Below, piece by piece: positions 22,506-31,790 of a stretch of DNA of 59,171 nucleotides (position 1 is its first letter; every line of letters starts with the position of its first letter). The position numbers were made by a program, and so were the translations under genes. This stretch comes from an uncultured Verrucomicrobiota bacterium (GTDB lineage: Bacteria; Verrucomicrobiota; Verrucomicrobiia; Limisphaerales; J093). Location: positions 1-59,171 of the forward strand of contig CAZRPT010000126.1 in NCBI GenBank assembly GCA_964601985.1, given 5' to 3'. Below the pieces are notes generated by a model. The model saw nothing but the letters and a program-made list of their open reading frames with translations. It did not search any database and was not told where the DNA came from.

Positions 22506-24332
22506 ATGATTACGCGTCGCATTGGCAGCCTCATTCGAGGCAAGGCCACCCCGTTTCAAATCATCGCCGCCAGCGTGCTGGGGTGCGCGCTGGGATTCAT
22601 GCCCGGCTTCGTCCAGGCGCCGGGCCTGATTTTGCTGTTCACTTTTCTGCTGATCGTGCTCAACGCGAATCTGGCCCTCGCCGCCCTGGTGGGGGTGGGC
22701 GCCAAGCTGCTTTCGCTGGCGCTGGCGCCGGTGAGTTTCGCGGTGGGACGCTGGCTCCTGGACGGGCCGTTCAGCGGCGCGTTCCAGTGGCTGATCAACG
22801 CCCCGGTGTTCGCGTGGTTCGGGTTCGATTACTACCTCACCACCGGCGGGCTGTTTCTCGGGGTGGCCATCGGCGCGGCGGTCGGCCTGGCCCTGACGAT
22901 GACCATCAACGGTTACCGCCGCAAGATGGCCTCGCTGGAGCAGAACTCGGAGCGGTTCCAGCGCTGGACGGCGAAGAAGTCGGTGCGCTTCCTCACCTGG
23001 CTGCTGGTGGGCGGCAACAAGGGCAGGAAAAGCTACGAGGAGCTGCTGGCCAAGCGGGTGGGCAATCCCATCCGGGTGCTGGGCGTGGTGTTCGTGGCCC
23101 TGGTGGTGGGGGTGGCGGTGCTGGTCCGGCAGTTCGCGGCGGAGCCCATCCTGACGGCGGTCCTGAAGTCCGGCCTCGAACGGGCCAACGGCGCCACGGT
23201 GGATCTCGAAGGGGTGGAGCTGGATTTCCAGGCCAGCCGCGTGCGGGTGAAGGGCCTGGCGATGGCCGATCCCAACGCGCTGGACACCGACCTCTTTCGG
23301 GCCGAGGCCATCGAGGCTGATCTGAGCGCCCGCAATCTGCTCCGCAAACGGATGCAACTGGACCGGGTGGAAATCAGCGGCGCGCGCAGCGGCGAGAAAC
23401 GCTCCACGCCGGGACATTTGGTCGGCCCGCCGCCCGAGCCCACGCCGGCCCCGGAACCGACCGGCGACGCCAAGACCATTGACGATTACCTCAAGGAGGC
23501 CCGGGTCTGGAAGGAGCGGCTGGCGCAGGCGCGGCGTTGGCTCGAAAAAATTTCCGGCCCGGAGGAGACAAAACCGGAAACCGCCCCCACGCCGGAGGAA
23601 CAGCGCGAGAGCCTGCGGGAACGCCTCGAACGCGAGGTGCGCGAAAAAGGCTACGCCGCCGTCCGGGCCACCCACCTCATCGAGGGGAGCCCCACGTTCA
23701 CCATTCTGGAGCTGACCGCGAAGAACGTCAAAGTGGCCGGGCTGGAGGGCGAAACGCTCGATCTCGAGGCGCGCAATCTCTCCACCCATCCGGCCCTGCT
23801 GGGCAAGACCCCTTCCATCCAGGTGCGTTCGAAGGACGACACGATTGATTTCGCGCTGAAGGTGGCCACCTTCGAGGCGCCGGGGGCGACCAACGTGCTG
23901 CGCTTCGCCTGGCGCGGTCTGCCCACCGACAAGGTGGCGGGCGACCTGAAGATCGCCGGGACCCAGCCGTTGCAGGGCGGCACGCTGGATCTGTCGGCGG
24001 ACGGCTCCTGGACCACGCAGGGCGGCGTCACGGTGAACCTGCCGCTCCAGGTGGCGCTGCACAATGTGCGGGTCACTTTGCCCACCGGCGACCAGACCAC
24101 CTTGGACAACTTCGTCCTGCCCATCGCCATCACCGGCCCGCTGGACAATCCGCGCGTCAAGGTGGACGACAGCGGCCTCGGCAAGGCGATGCTCGCCGCC
24201 GGCAAGGCCAAGGCGGTGAACGAAGCCAAGAAACAGGCCAACAAGCTGCTGGACGAAAAGGTCGGCGGCGCCTTGGGCGAACAGGGCAAGGGCCTGCTGA
24301 ACGGCATCCTGGGTGGCAAAAAGAAGCAGTAA
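22506..24332 (+). CDS. Membrane protein with an N-terminal DUF2062/TIGR03546-like region fused to a TIGR03545/AsmA-like region
   Basis: The N-terminal ~160 aa contain 4 TM segments (ATPFQIIAASVLGCALGFMPG...). A further TM segment follows, then a long beta-rich region with a central charged coiled coil and a Lys-rich tail. The family assignment is from memory of these TIGRFAM pairs. Confidence 0.5.
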   Translation: MITRRIGSLIRGKATPFQIIAASVLGCALGFMPGFVQAPGLILLFTFLLIVLNANLALAALVGVGAKLLSLALAPVSFAVGRWLLDGPFSGAFQWLINAPVFAWFGFDYYLTTGGLFLGVAIGAAVGLALTMTINGYRRKMASLEQNSERFQRWTAKKSVRFLTWLLVGGNKGRKSYEELLAKRVGNPIRVLGVVFVALVVGVAVLVRQFAAEPILTAVLKSGLERANGATVDLEGVELDFQASRVRVKGLAMADPNALDTDLFRAEAIEADLSARNLLRKRMQLDRVEISGARSGEKRSTPGHLVGPPPEPTPAPEPTGDAKTIDDYLKEARVWKERLAQARRWLEKISGPEETKPETAPTPEEQRESLRERLEREVREKGYAAVRATHLIEGSPTFTILELTAKNVKVAGLEGETLDLEARNLSTHPALLGKTPSIQVRSKDDTIDFALKVATFEAPGATNVLRFAWRGLPTDKVAGDLKIAGTQPLQGGTLDLSADGSWTTQGGVTVNLPLQVALHNVRVTLPTGDQTTLDNFVLPIAITGPLDNPRVKVDDSGLGKAMLAAGKAKAVNEAKKQANKLLDEKVGGALGEQGKGLLNGILGGKKKQ

Positions 24333-24390
24333 CCCCCCACCCTCCCCGACGTCCGCGCGCCCTTCCTTTTGGGAACGGGGCGGGGGCTGG

Positions 24391-24819
24391 GTGCTGGCGC
24401 AATCGGTCCTCATGCTCGTCGTCGGACTGGCGGGGTGGGTGGATCCCGGCGCCTTCGCCGGCGCGTGGCGGCCCTGGGTGGCGGGCGTTTTGTTCGCGAC
24501 GGGCGCGGTCTGCGGCCTCGCCGGCGTGGCGGTGCTGGGGCGCAACCGCACCATCTTTCCGCGTCCCCATGCCGGTTCCCGACTGGTCCGGCACGGCGTG
24601 TACCGCTGGATTCGCCACCCGCTCTACACCAGTGTGATGACGCTCTCATTGGGCTGGGCGGTGGCGCGCGGAAGCGCCCTCACCCTCGCCCTTGCCGTCG
24701 CGCTGATCGTGCTGTTGCGTCTCAAGGCGGGCCGGGAGGAACGCTGGCTGCGCGAGCAGTTTCCCGAGTACGCCGACTACGCCCGGCGCGTGGCCCGTTT
24801 CGTTCCGGGGTTGTGGTAA
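24391..24819 (+). CDS. Isoprenylcysteine carboxyl methyltransferase (ICMT)/phospholipid methyltransferase family membrane protein
   Basis: Signature LVRHGVYRWIRHPLYTS followed by a TM helix and an RxEE(R/E)xL-type motif (KAGREERWLREQF). The GTG at 24391 is preferred; the ORF track start at 24313 would overlap the upstream gene. Confidence 0.65.
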   Translation: MLAQSVLMLVVGLAGWVDPGAFAGAWRPWVAGVLFATGAVCGLAGVAVLGRNRTIFPRPHAGSRLVRHGVYRWIRHPLYTSVMTLSLGWAVARGSALTLALAVALIVLLRLKAGREERWLREQFPEYADYARRVARFVPGLW

Positions 24820-24861
24820 TCGTTGCACGGGCGGGGCCGCCGCCCTTGCGGCGTCGCCCGC

Positions 24862-25497
24862 TCAGGATTGCTTTTCCCGCAAAAGCTGGTCCGCGCGGTC
24901 GGGGGTGGCGCGTTCGATCAGCTCGTCGTTGCACATCATCACCGGGGCGGTGTCGCAACTGGCGAGGCATTCGACGAATTCGACGCTGAACCGGCCGTCG
25001 GCGGTGGTTTGCACGCCGGGCGCTTCCGGGTCCAGGCCGAGTTTTTCGCACAAGTGCCGGTGGAGCGCCTGCGAGCCGGCCAGCGCGCAGCTCAGCGTCC
25101 GGCACACCCGCAGGTGAAACCGGCCCACCGGCTGTTGGTGAAACATCGGATAAAACGTGACCAGCTCGTAGAGGTGGAGCGGTTCGAGGCCGAGGCGCGT
25201 CGCCGCCCATTCGAGCGCCGCCGGCTCCAGCCAGCCGAAGTGTTCCTGCAGGGCGTGCAGCACCATCACCGCCGCGCTGCGCGGTTCCGGGTAATGGCCC
25301 ACCAGCGCGTCAATCTCCGCCGCCAGCGCGTCGGGTACGGTGAAGGATTTTTTTGGGGCCGGGGCCGCCGTCGCCGAAGCGTCGGGTGGGGGAACCCGGC
25401 CGGCGGACGACGACGGGGTTTCCGCTCCGGACCGCGCGTTTTTGCGCGGGGAAGCGGCTCCTTTTTTGGCTGCCTTGCGCCGGCTCATCGGTCGCAT
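24862..25497 (-). CDS. nuoE: NADH-quinone oxidoreductase subunit E (2Fe-2S) with a Lys/Pro/Ala-rich N-terminal extension
   Basis: Cysteine ligands CRTLSC and CLASCDTAP, in a thioredoxin-like NuoE fold. An alternative ATG at 25488 would overlap the nuoD stop (ATGA). Confidence 0.85.
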   Translation of the reverse strand: MRPMSRRKAAKKGAASPRKNARSGAETPSSSAGRVPPPDASATAAPAPKKSFTVPDALAAEIDALVGHYPEPRSAAVMVLHALQEHFGWLEPAALEWAATRLGLEPLHLYELVTFYPMFHQQPVGRFHLRVCRTLSCALAGSQALHRHLCEKLGLDPEAPGVQTTADGRFSVEFVECLASCDTAPVMMCNDELIERATPDRADQLLREKQS

Positions 25498-26729
25498 TCT
25501 CCCATCACGAAATCCAGCGATCCCAGAATCGCCACCACGTCGCTCATCATGTGGCCCGGCAGCAGTTCCGAGAGGATGCTGAGGTTCACGAACGAGGGCG
25601 CGCGAATCTTCAGCCGGTGGGGCACGCCGCCGCCCCGGCTGTAAATGTAGAAGCCCAGCTCGCCCTTCGGGTTTTCCGCGCCGAAATAGATTTCACCCGG
25701 CGGCGCGTTGACCCCTTCGGTGACCAGCATGAACTGGTGAATCAGCTCCTCCATGCCGGTCAACACCCGCTCCTTGGGCGGCAGGACGATCTTGCCGTCG
25801 GGCACGTTGACGGGGCCGCCGGGGAGCTGGTTCAGGCACTGGTTGATGATCCGCGCGCTCTGGCGCATCTCCTCGATGCGGACCAGGTAGCGGTCGTAGC
25901 AATCGCCCACCGAACCCAGCGGCACGTCGAACTGGAGCCGCCCGTACACCAGGTAGGGATGGGCCTTGCGCAGGTCATGGTCCACGCCGCTGGCGCGCAG
26001 GTTGGGGCCGGTCAGGCCGTAGCTGAGGGCCTGCTCGCGCGAGATGACGCCCACCTCGCGGGTGCGGTCGTTCCAGATGCGGTTGCGGGTGAGCATCTGC
26101 TCGATCTCGCTGATCGTCCCCAGCACGTCGGCGCTGAACCGCCGGCATTGCTCCGTCCACCCCTCCGGCAAATCCCGCGCCAGCCCGCCGATCCGCGTGT
26201 AGCTGGTGGTGAAACGCGCCCCGGTCAGCGCCTCGCACAGGTCGTAGATTTTCTCCCGCTCGGTCGAGGCGTAGAGAAAGATCGTCATCGCGCCAACGTC
26301 CATCGCGAACGCCCCCAGCCCCAGCAGGTGGGCGGAAATCCGCGCCAGCTCGCAGCAGATCACCCGGATGTATTGGCAGCGCGGCGGCAGTTGGTCGGTG
26401 ATGCCCAGCAGTTTCTCCACCGCCAGCGCGTAGGCCACGTTGTTGGCCAGCGGCGCGAGGTAATCCAGCCGGTCGGTGTAGGGGAGGAACTGCTGGTAGG
26501 TCAGGTTTTCCGCGATCTTTTCGTCGCCCCGGTGCAAGTAGCCGATGTCCGGCGCGGCCCGGGTGATGACCTCGCCGTCCAGCTCGACGATGAGCCGCAA
26601 CACCCCGTGGGTCGAGGGATGGGACGGTCCCATGTTCAGCACCAGCCGTTCGCCCTCGAATTCGTCCTCGGGCGGCGCCGCCGTCCGGGCCGCCGGATCG
26701 CGGTACTGGATTTCCTCGCGGCGGCTCAT
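25485..26729 (-). CDS. nuoD: NADH-quinone oxidoreductase subunit D
   Basis: The ATG at 26729 gives MSRREEIQY...LNMGPSHPSTHGVLRL...GYLHRG.EK, ending in the C-terminal DFVMGECDR. Confidence 0.92.
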   Translation of the reverse strand: MSRREEIQYRDPAARTAAPPEDEFEGERLVLNMGPSHPSTHGVLRLIVELDGEVITRAAPDIGYLHRGDEKIAENLTYQQFLPYTDRLDYLAPLANNVAYALAVEKLLGITDQLPPRCQYIRVICCELARISAHLLGLGAFAMDVGAMTIFLYASTEREKIYDLCEALTGARFTTSYTRIGGLARDLPEGWTEQCRRFSADVLGTISEIEQMLTRNRIWNDRTREVGVISREQALSYGLTGPNLRASGVDHDLRKAHPYLVYGRLQFDVPLGSVGDCYDRYLVRIEEMRQSARIINQCLNQLPGGPVNVPDGKIVLPPKERVLTGMEELIHQFMLVTEGVNAPPGEIYFGAENPKGELGFYIYSRGGGVPHRLKIRAPSFVNLSILSELLPGHMMSDVVAILGSLDFVMGECDR

Positions 26730-27313
26730 GAAGCGTCCTCCGGGGGGCGGGCGCGGGGTTCGCGGCGGACGGCGTCGGTGGCGCCGGGCGGGCTGACGAA
26801 CGGCCCGCCCTCCAGCGGGGCGCGGTCGCTGAAGGCCACCTCCGCCACCGCCGAGGGCTTGCCGGCCAGCGGGAAATCCTTCCGCAACGGAAAATAGGGA
26901 TAGCCCTCCCACATCAGGATGCGCCGCAAATCCGGATGCCCGCGAAAGCGGAGGCCCATCAGGTCGTAAATCTCCCGCTCGTGCCAGTCCGCCGTGCGCC
27001 AGAGAGGGGTCACCGTGGGCAGCTCCGAAACCGCCTCCTCCACCGTCACCGCCAGCCGCAGATGCGCGCGGTGTTTCAACGAATAGAGCTGATACACCAC
27101 CCGCCAGCGCGGCGTCTCACCGTAATGGTCAATGCTGGTGATGTCGAGCAGCAGGTCGCAGGCCAGCTTGTCGCGCGCGAAGGCGCACAGCGTGGGCAAA
27201 TCCTCCGGCGACGCCAGCCGCGCGGTGACTTCGCCCCGGAACTCGGTGACCTCCGCCACCTCGTGCGGGAAATGCGCCCGGAGCCGTTCCGCCAGATCGC
27301 GCGGTTCCATCAT
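26726..27313 (-). CDS. nuoC: NADH-quinone oxidoreductase subunit C
   Basis: The start MMEPRDL at 27313 continues through ...[24 protein letters not shown]. It overlaps nuoB and nuoD by 4 nt each. Confidence 0.88.
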   Translation of the reverse strand: MMEPRDLAERLRAHFPHEVAEVTEFRGEVTARLASPEDLPTLCAFARDKLACDLLLDITSIDHYGETPRWRVVYQLYSLKHRAHLRLAVTVEEAVSELPTVTPLWRTADWHEREIYDLMGLRFRGHPDLRRILMWEGYPYFPLRKDFPLAGKPSAVAEVAFSDRAPLEGGPFVSPPGATDAVRREPRARPPEDAS

Positions 27314-27846
27314 TGGCCTCCCGTCGGTTCCAGCGCGGGCGGCGGCTGCTTCCACACCCGGACCACCGGCTCGCGGCTCACCTGCTCCTGCAACCGGATC
27401 AGGGCGTCCAGCAGCGCCTCCGGCCGCGGCGGACACCCCGCCACATAGACGTCCACCGGAATCACCCGGTCCACCCCCTGCAACACCGCGTAGCTGCGGT
27501 ACATCCCGCCGGTCGAGGCGCAGGCGCCCATCGCGATGACCCATTTCGGATCGGCCATCTGCTCGTAGATGCGCCGCACCACCAGCGCCATCTTGTAGGT
27601 CACCGTGCCGGCCACGATCATCACGTCCGACTGGCGCGGCGAAAAGCGCATCACCTCGGCGCCGAACCGCGAGATGTCGAACCGGCTCGCCCCGGTGGCC
27701 ATCAGCTCGATCGCGCAACAGGCCAGCCCCATCGGCATCGGCCACAGCGAATGTTTGCGAAACCAGTTGAGCGCCGCGTCGAGGCGGGTGACCACCAGGT
27801 CGCCCTCGGCGCGCGAATCGTACTGGATTTCGGCGGTGCGTTTCAT
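27310..27846 (-). CDS. nuoB: NADH-quinone oxidoreductase subunit B
   Basis: ATG at 27846. Motifs seen: [27 protein letters not shown] and GCPPRPE (N2 cluster ligands). Confidence 0.92.
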   Translation of the reverse strand: MKRTAEIQYDSRAEGDLVVTRLDAALNWFRKHSLWPMPMGLACCAIELMATGASRFDISRFGAEVMRFSPRQSDVMIVAGTVTYKMALVVRRIYEQMADPKWVIAMGACASTGGMYRSYAVLQGVDRVIPVDVYVAGCPPRPEALLDALIRLQEQVSREPVVRVWKQPPPALEPTGGQ

Positions 27847-28019
27847 GATCCGGGGAGCGCCCCCAAACGCCCGGCAACCTAAAAGCCCGCCCCCCGCCCG
27901 GCAAGACGAAACGCCGCGCGGGGCGGGAAAGCCGGGCAGATCGAGCCCCCCTTCCATTGGTTCCGTTGACGGGGCTGGCTTCCCATGGGAACGGGAGTTA
28001 CGGCAACGCATTTCGGGCG

Positions 28020-28154
28020 ATGCAAAACGCTCGATATGACCCCGACCTCACCGAGGCCCAATGGGCCGTTTTCCCATCCCTCCTGCCACTGCCAAACACC
28101 GCCCTCGACCATCAACCATCCAGTCCGATCTCCAACGGATGTTTCAGCCCTTGA
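28020..28154 (+). pseudogene. N-terminal remnant of an IS5/IS4-group (DUF4096-type) transposase
   Basis: [25 protein letters not shown] matches the very conserved YPSDLTDxEWxxxxPLLP opening of IS5-family transposases. Similarity is lost after ~27 residues and the frame stops at 28154. The element sits in a 670-bp non-coding gap of patchy low GC. Confidence 0.35.
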
Positions 28155-28519
28155 ACCAAGGAGTTTGGTTCTCAAATCATTGAAAATCAAAATGTTGCAA
28201 ATCAAATTGCTCACTTCGACGGCTGGAACATCCGTTCGAATAATGAAGACCATGCGCGCGGGTTCAAAACACAATTCCGTCGCTCGATCCATGGGAATCC
28301 GGATGGCCTCCATCCCGGGAGAAATCCAGCCCTTTGGTCGGGCGCTCACTCGCGAACTCCGGTTCCCAGCCGACCGGGTATCCCCCCTGGCCGGGCGTCT
28401 TTCAAAGCCGGTGGGGAAACGCCGGCTCCGGGAACCGGCCTGCCCCAAGGGACAATTTGCGTCATTCCGGTGGGCTGCGTGCCCCCACGCGGCGGGATGT
28501 CCCGTTTTCCGGCAGGCGC

Positions 28520-30343
28520 TCAGCCGCTGAAATAGAGGTAGGCGCTCAGGATCAGGAGCAGCACCAGGACCGAGGCCAGCACGTCCCAGCGGGTCCAGCT
28601 CGACCGGGAATGCGCCCGGTCCGCGTCGCTGATGGTGCCGTAGGTCAGCCCCTGGATGCGCGCCTCGTCCGGGGCCGGGCTGAGGTAGCTGACGCCGATC
28701 ATCACCGCGCCGGAGATGAGGAAGATCAACAGGCTGAAGTATTGAAAATAGATGTGGTTCACGATCCAGAAGAAGGATCCCTCGGCGTAGCCCGCGAAAC
28801 CTTGCAGCCCCAGGCTGACGGGGGTGTCCACCGCCAGTCGGAACAGGCCCAGACCGAACCCCACCACCAAGGCCGCCAGACAACCGCGGGCGTTGAGCCG
28901 TTTCATGAACACGCCGAAGAAGAACACCACGAAGATCGGCGGCGCGAGATAGCCCTGCACCGACTGGAGATAATCATACAATCCCCGCGCCCCTTGAATC
29001 ACCGGCACCCAGGCCAGCCCGATCAACACCATGATCACCGTGGCCACCCGACCGGTCCAGACCAGTTGGGCCTGTGACGCCTTGGGCTTGAACTTTTGGT
29101 ATAAATCCATCGTGAACAGGGTCGAGGAGGCATTGAACACGCCCGCCAGGGAGCTCATCAACGCCGACAACAACCCCGCCACCACGATGCCCCGCACGCC
29201 CGCCGGCAGGACGTATTGCACCATGAGTGGAAACGCCGCCTGGCTCTTGTCCGGGATGGCGTGGCCGTCCGGGCCCACCAGCCCCGCCAGTTCCGGAATC
29301 TTGCCCGACTTGGCCAGCGCGAAACAGATCATGCCGGGAATGATGAAGATGAACACCGGCAGCAGTTTCAAAAAGGCGGCGAAGATGCTGCCCCGCCGGG
29401 CCTCGGTTTCATTCGGCGCGCCCAGCGCCCGCTGGACGATGTATTGATCCGTGCACCAGTACCACAAACCGATGATGGGCGCGCAGAACAGCATCCCCAG
29501 CCAGGGATAATTGCCGTTGAAATACCACGCCTGCCGGACCACCTCGCCGGCGGCGTTCTTTTCGATGACCGGCGCCCAGGTGCCGGTCACGCCCTCCGGG
29601 ATCAGCGGTTTCCAGAGGTTGAACATGTCGCTGTCCAGCACGGACCGCAGTTCGGACCAGCCGCCCAGCTTGGCCAGGCCGTACAACGTGACCAGCAGCG
29701 AGCCCAGCACCAGCACCACCGTTTGCAGGGTCTCGGTGTAGGCCACCGCGCGCATGCCGCCCAGCACGGTATAAAGACCGGTCAGCACCAGCACCAGAAT
29801 CGAGCCGATCCAGAAGCTGTTCAGTTCCAGGCTGCCGATTTGCAGGTGGAGTTCCGGCAGCAACGTCCCGAACACGATGCCGCCGGCGAAGATGCCCACC
29901 GCCACCTTGGTCAGCACGTAGGCCACCAGCGAGATGATGGAGAGCACCCAGCGCGCCGTGGGCGAGAAACGCCGCTCCAGAAACTCCGGCATGGTGAACA
30001 CCTTGGACCGCGCGTAAAACGGCACCATCACCCAGCCCAGCACCAGCAGGCACCAGGCGTGCAGCTCGTAATGCGCCATCGCCACCCCGTCGGTGGCGCC
30101 GGAGCCGGCCAGCCCCACGAGGTGTTCCGAACCGATGTTCGAGGCGAAGATGGACGCGCCGATGATGAACCAGCCCAGATTCCGCCCCGCCAGAAAGTAG
30201 TCGTCCGGCGTGTCCTTGTTTTTGCGGATCACCCACCAGGCCAGGCCGATCAACACGCAAAAATAGCCGGCGATGATGAGCCAGTCCAACGAGGTCAACG
30301 AGCCGCCGGACGCGGCCAACAGGGGAGCAGGGGCGGAGAACAT
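28520..30343 (-). CDS. Sodium:solute symporter family transporter (SGLT-like sugar symporter)
   Basis: ATG at 30343. DYFLAGRNLGWFIIGASIFASNIGSEHLVGLAGSG is typical of the SSF/SGLT family. ~14 TM segments. Confidence 0.9.
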   Translation of the reverse strand: MFSAPAPLLAASGGSLTSLDWLIIAGYFCVLIGLAWWVIRKNKDTPDDYFLAGRNLGWFIIGASIFASNIGSEHLVGLAGSGATDGVAMAHYELHAWCLLVLGWVMVPFYARSKVFTMPEFLERRFSPTARWVLSIISLVAYVLTKVAVGIFAGGIVFGTLLPELHLQIGSLELNSFWIGSILVLVLTGLYTVLGGMRAVAYTETLQTVVLVLGSLLVTLYGLAKLGGWSELRSVLDSDMFNLWKPLIPEGVTGTWAPVIEKNAAGEVVRQAWYFNGNYPWLGMLFCAPIIGLWYWCTDQYIVQRALGAPNETEARRGSIFAAFLKLLPVFIFIIPGMICFALAKSGKIPELAGLVGPDGHAIPDKSQAAFPLMVQYVLPAGVRGIVVAGLLSALMSSLAGVFNASSTLFTMDLYQKFKPKASQAQLVWTGRVATVIMVLIGLAWVPVIQGARGLYDYLQSVQGYLAPPIFVVFFFGVFMKRLNARGCLAALVVGFGLGLFRLAVDTPVSLGLQGFAGYAEGSFFWIVNHIYFQYFSLLIFLISGAVMIGVSYLSPAPDEARIQGLTYGTISDADRAHSRSSWTRWDVLASVLVLLLILSAYLYFSG

Positions 30344-30413
30344 GGCGGAAAACGGGAAGGGCAGGCGTGCCGCCCGCCCGACCACGGGCGGGCGGCGCGG
30401 ATTCGCGGTTTAT

Positions 30414-31562
30414 TTATTGGGCATAGAAACGATAGATGATCGTGTTCCGGTACACCTCGCCCGGATTCAGCACCACCGAGGGAAACTGGGGTTTGTTGGG
30501 CGAGTCGGGATAATGTTGCGGCTCCATGCAAAAGCCGTTGCGATGTTCATATTTCCAGCCGTATTTGCCGGTGATGGTCCCGTCCAGGAAGTTGCCGGAA
30601 TAGAACTGCAATCCCGGCTCGGTGGAGAGCACCTCCATCACCCGGCCGGTGGTGGGGTCCGTGACCCGCGCCATGAGGCCCAGCACCTTTTCCGGTTTCT
30701 TGATGACCCAGTTGTGGTCGTAGCCGCCGCCGAATTTGAGCTGCTGGTTGTTCTCGTTGATCCGGGCGCCGATGGCGGTGGGCTGCCGGAAGTCGAACGG
30801 CGTGCCCTCGACGGGACGAAACTCGCCGGTGGGGATCAAGGTGGCGTCCACGGGCGTGAAGGTGTCGGCCACGATCATCACCTGATGGCCCAGAATGTCG
30901 CCCCGGCCGGCGAGGTTGAAGTAGGAGTGATGGGTCAGGTTGACGATGGTGGGCTTGTCCGTGGTGGCGGTGAAGTCCAGCCGCAGCTCGTTGTGGTCCG
31001 TCAGGGTATAGACCGCCGTCACGTCCAGCGTGCCGGGATAACCTTCCTCGCCGTCCCGGCTGACGTACTTCAGCTCCAGCGCCGGCCCGGCGGGAGTCAG
31101 GTGGGGCCGCGCCTTCCACACCACCTTGTCGAACCCCTTGATGCCGCCGTGCAGGGCGTTGGGATAATTGTTCGTGGCCAGGATGTATTCCACCCCGTTG
31201 AGCGTGAAGCGCCCCTTCGCGATGCGGTTGCCGTAACGCCCGATCAACGCGCCGAAGTAGGGGCTGTTGGTCAGGTAGCCCACCAGGTTGTCATAGCCCA
31301 GGACGATGTCCTCATACTTGCCGTTGCGGTCCGGCATCTTCAGCGTGGTCACGATGCCGCCGTAACTGGCGATCTTCGCCTCGGCGCCCTGACGGTTGCG
31401 GAGGGTGTAGAGGGTGACCGGTTCGCCGTCAAAGGTGGTCCCGAAGGGCTCCCAGGTGATGGATCCTTTTTCCGAATGAGCGCGGTGCGTGGCGCAGCCC
31501 GCCGAAAACAGGAGGACGGCCGCGGTTCCCAACGCCAGCAAGGCATGCGGGTGATTTTTCAT
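30414..31562 (-). CDS. galM: Aldose 1-epimerase (galactose mutarotase) with a lipoprotein-type signal peptide
   Basis: The ATG at 31562 gives MKNHPHALLALGTAAVLLFSAGC (lipobox). Mutarotase motifs GGIVTTL, GRYGNRI, NALHGG and EPQHYPDSPN follow. Confidence 0.85.
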   Translation of the reverse strand: MKNHPHALLALGTAAVLLFSAGCATHRAHSEKGSITWEPFGTTFDGEPVTLYTLRNRQGAEAKIASYGGIVTTLKMPDRNGKYEDIVLGYDNLVGYLTNSPYFGALIGRYGNRIAKGRFTLNGVEYILATNNYPNALHGGIKGFDKVVWKARPHLTPAGPALELKYVSRDGEEGYPGTLDVTAVYTLTDHNELRLDFTATTDKPTIVNLTHHSYFNLAGRGDILGHQVMIVADTFTPVDATLIPTGEFRPVEGTPFDFRQPTAIGARINENNQQLKFGGGYDHNWVIKKPEKVLGLMARVTDPTTGRVMEVLSTEPGLQFYSGNFLDGTITGKYGWKYEHRNGFCMEPQHYPDSPNKPQFPSVVLNPGEVYRNTIIYRFYAQ

Positions 31563-31790
31563 GTCGCAATCTCGTTGTTTCGTTTCGGTCGCAAAACCCT
31601 CCCGCGCCGCAGGCACACCAGACGCGGACGGGACGGGCGCCCATGCTACCGCGAACCACCTCCGGAGACCAGCCCTGCTCCCGCGCCATTTTTCACCGGC
31701 GCAACGCGACTGAAGCAATGGGAACACTCAGCCCCATCAACGAAAACGATTTGGCGCAGGACGCAGCCCTCAAAGGCCGGGCGGAGGGGG

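Noticed and set aside
27921-27939. gggcgggaaagccgggcag, reminiscent of the RNase P RNA P4 element GAGGAAAGUCCGGGC
   Set aside because: The invariant U is missing. None of the other conserved RNase P regions (GGUAAGAGCGCACC, ACAGAACCCGGCUUA) occur nearby on either strand.
28177-28195. TTGA-aaa-TCAA and neighbouring TGATTT repeats as an FNR/CRP-type box upstream of nuoB
   Set aside because: The half-site spacing is wrong for the TTGAT-N4-ATCAA consensus. The segment lies >300 nt from the nuoB start, inside probable IS-derived DNA.
27879-28883. 334-aa minus-strand ORF upstream of nuoB that could have been nuoA
   Set aside because: It shows no three-TM NuoA-like pattern. Its composition is Gly/Arg/Pro-rich. 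It runs antisense into the 3' end of the symporter gene and across the IS relic.
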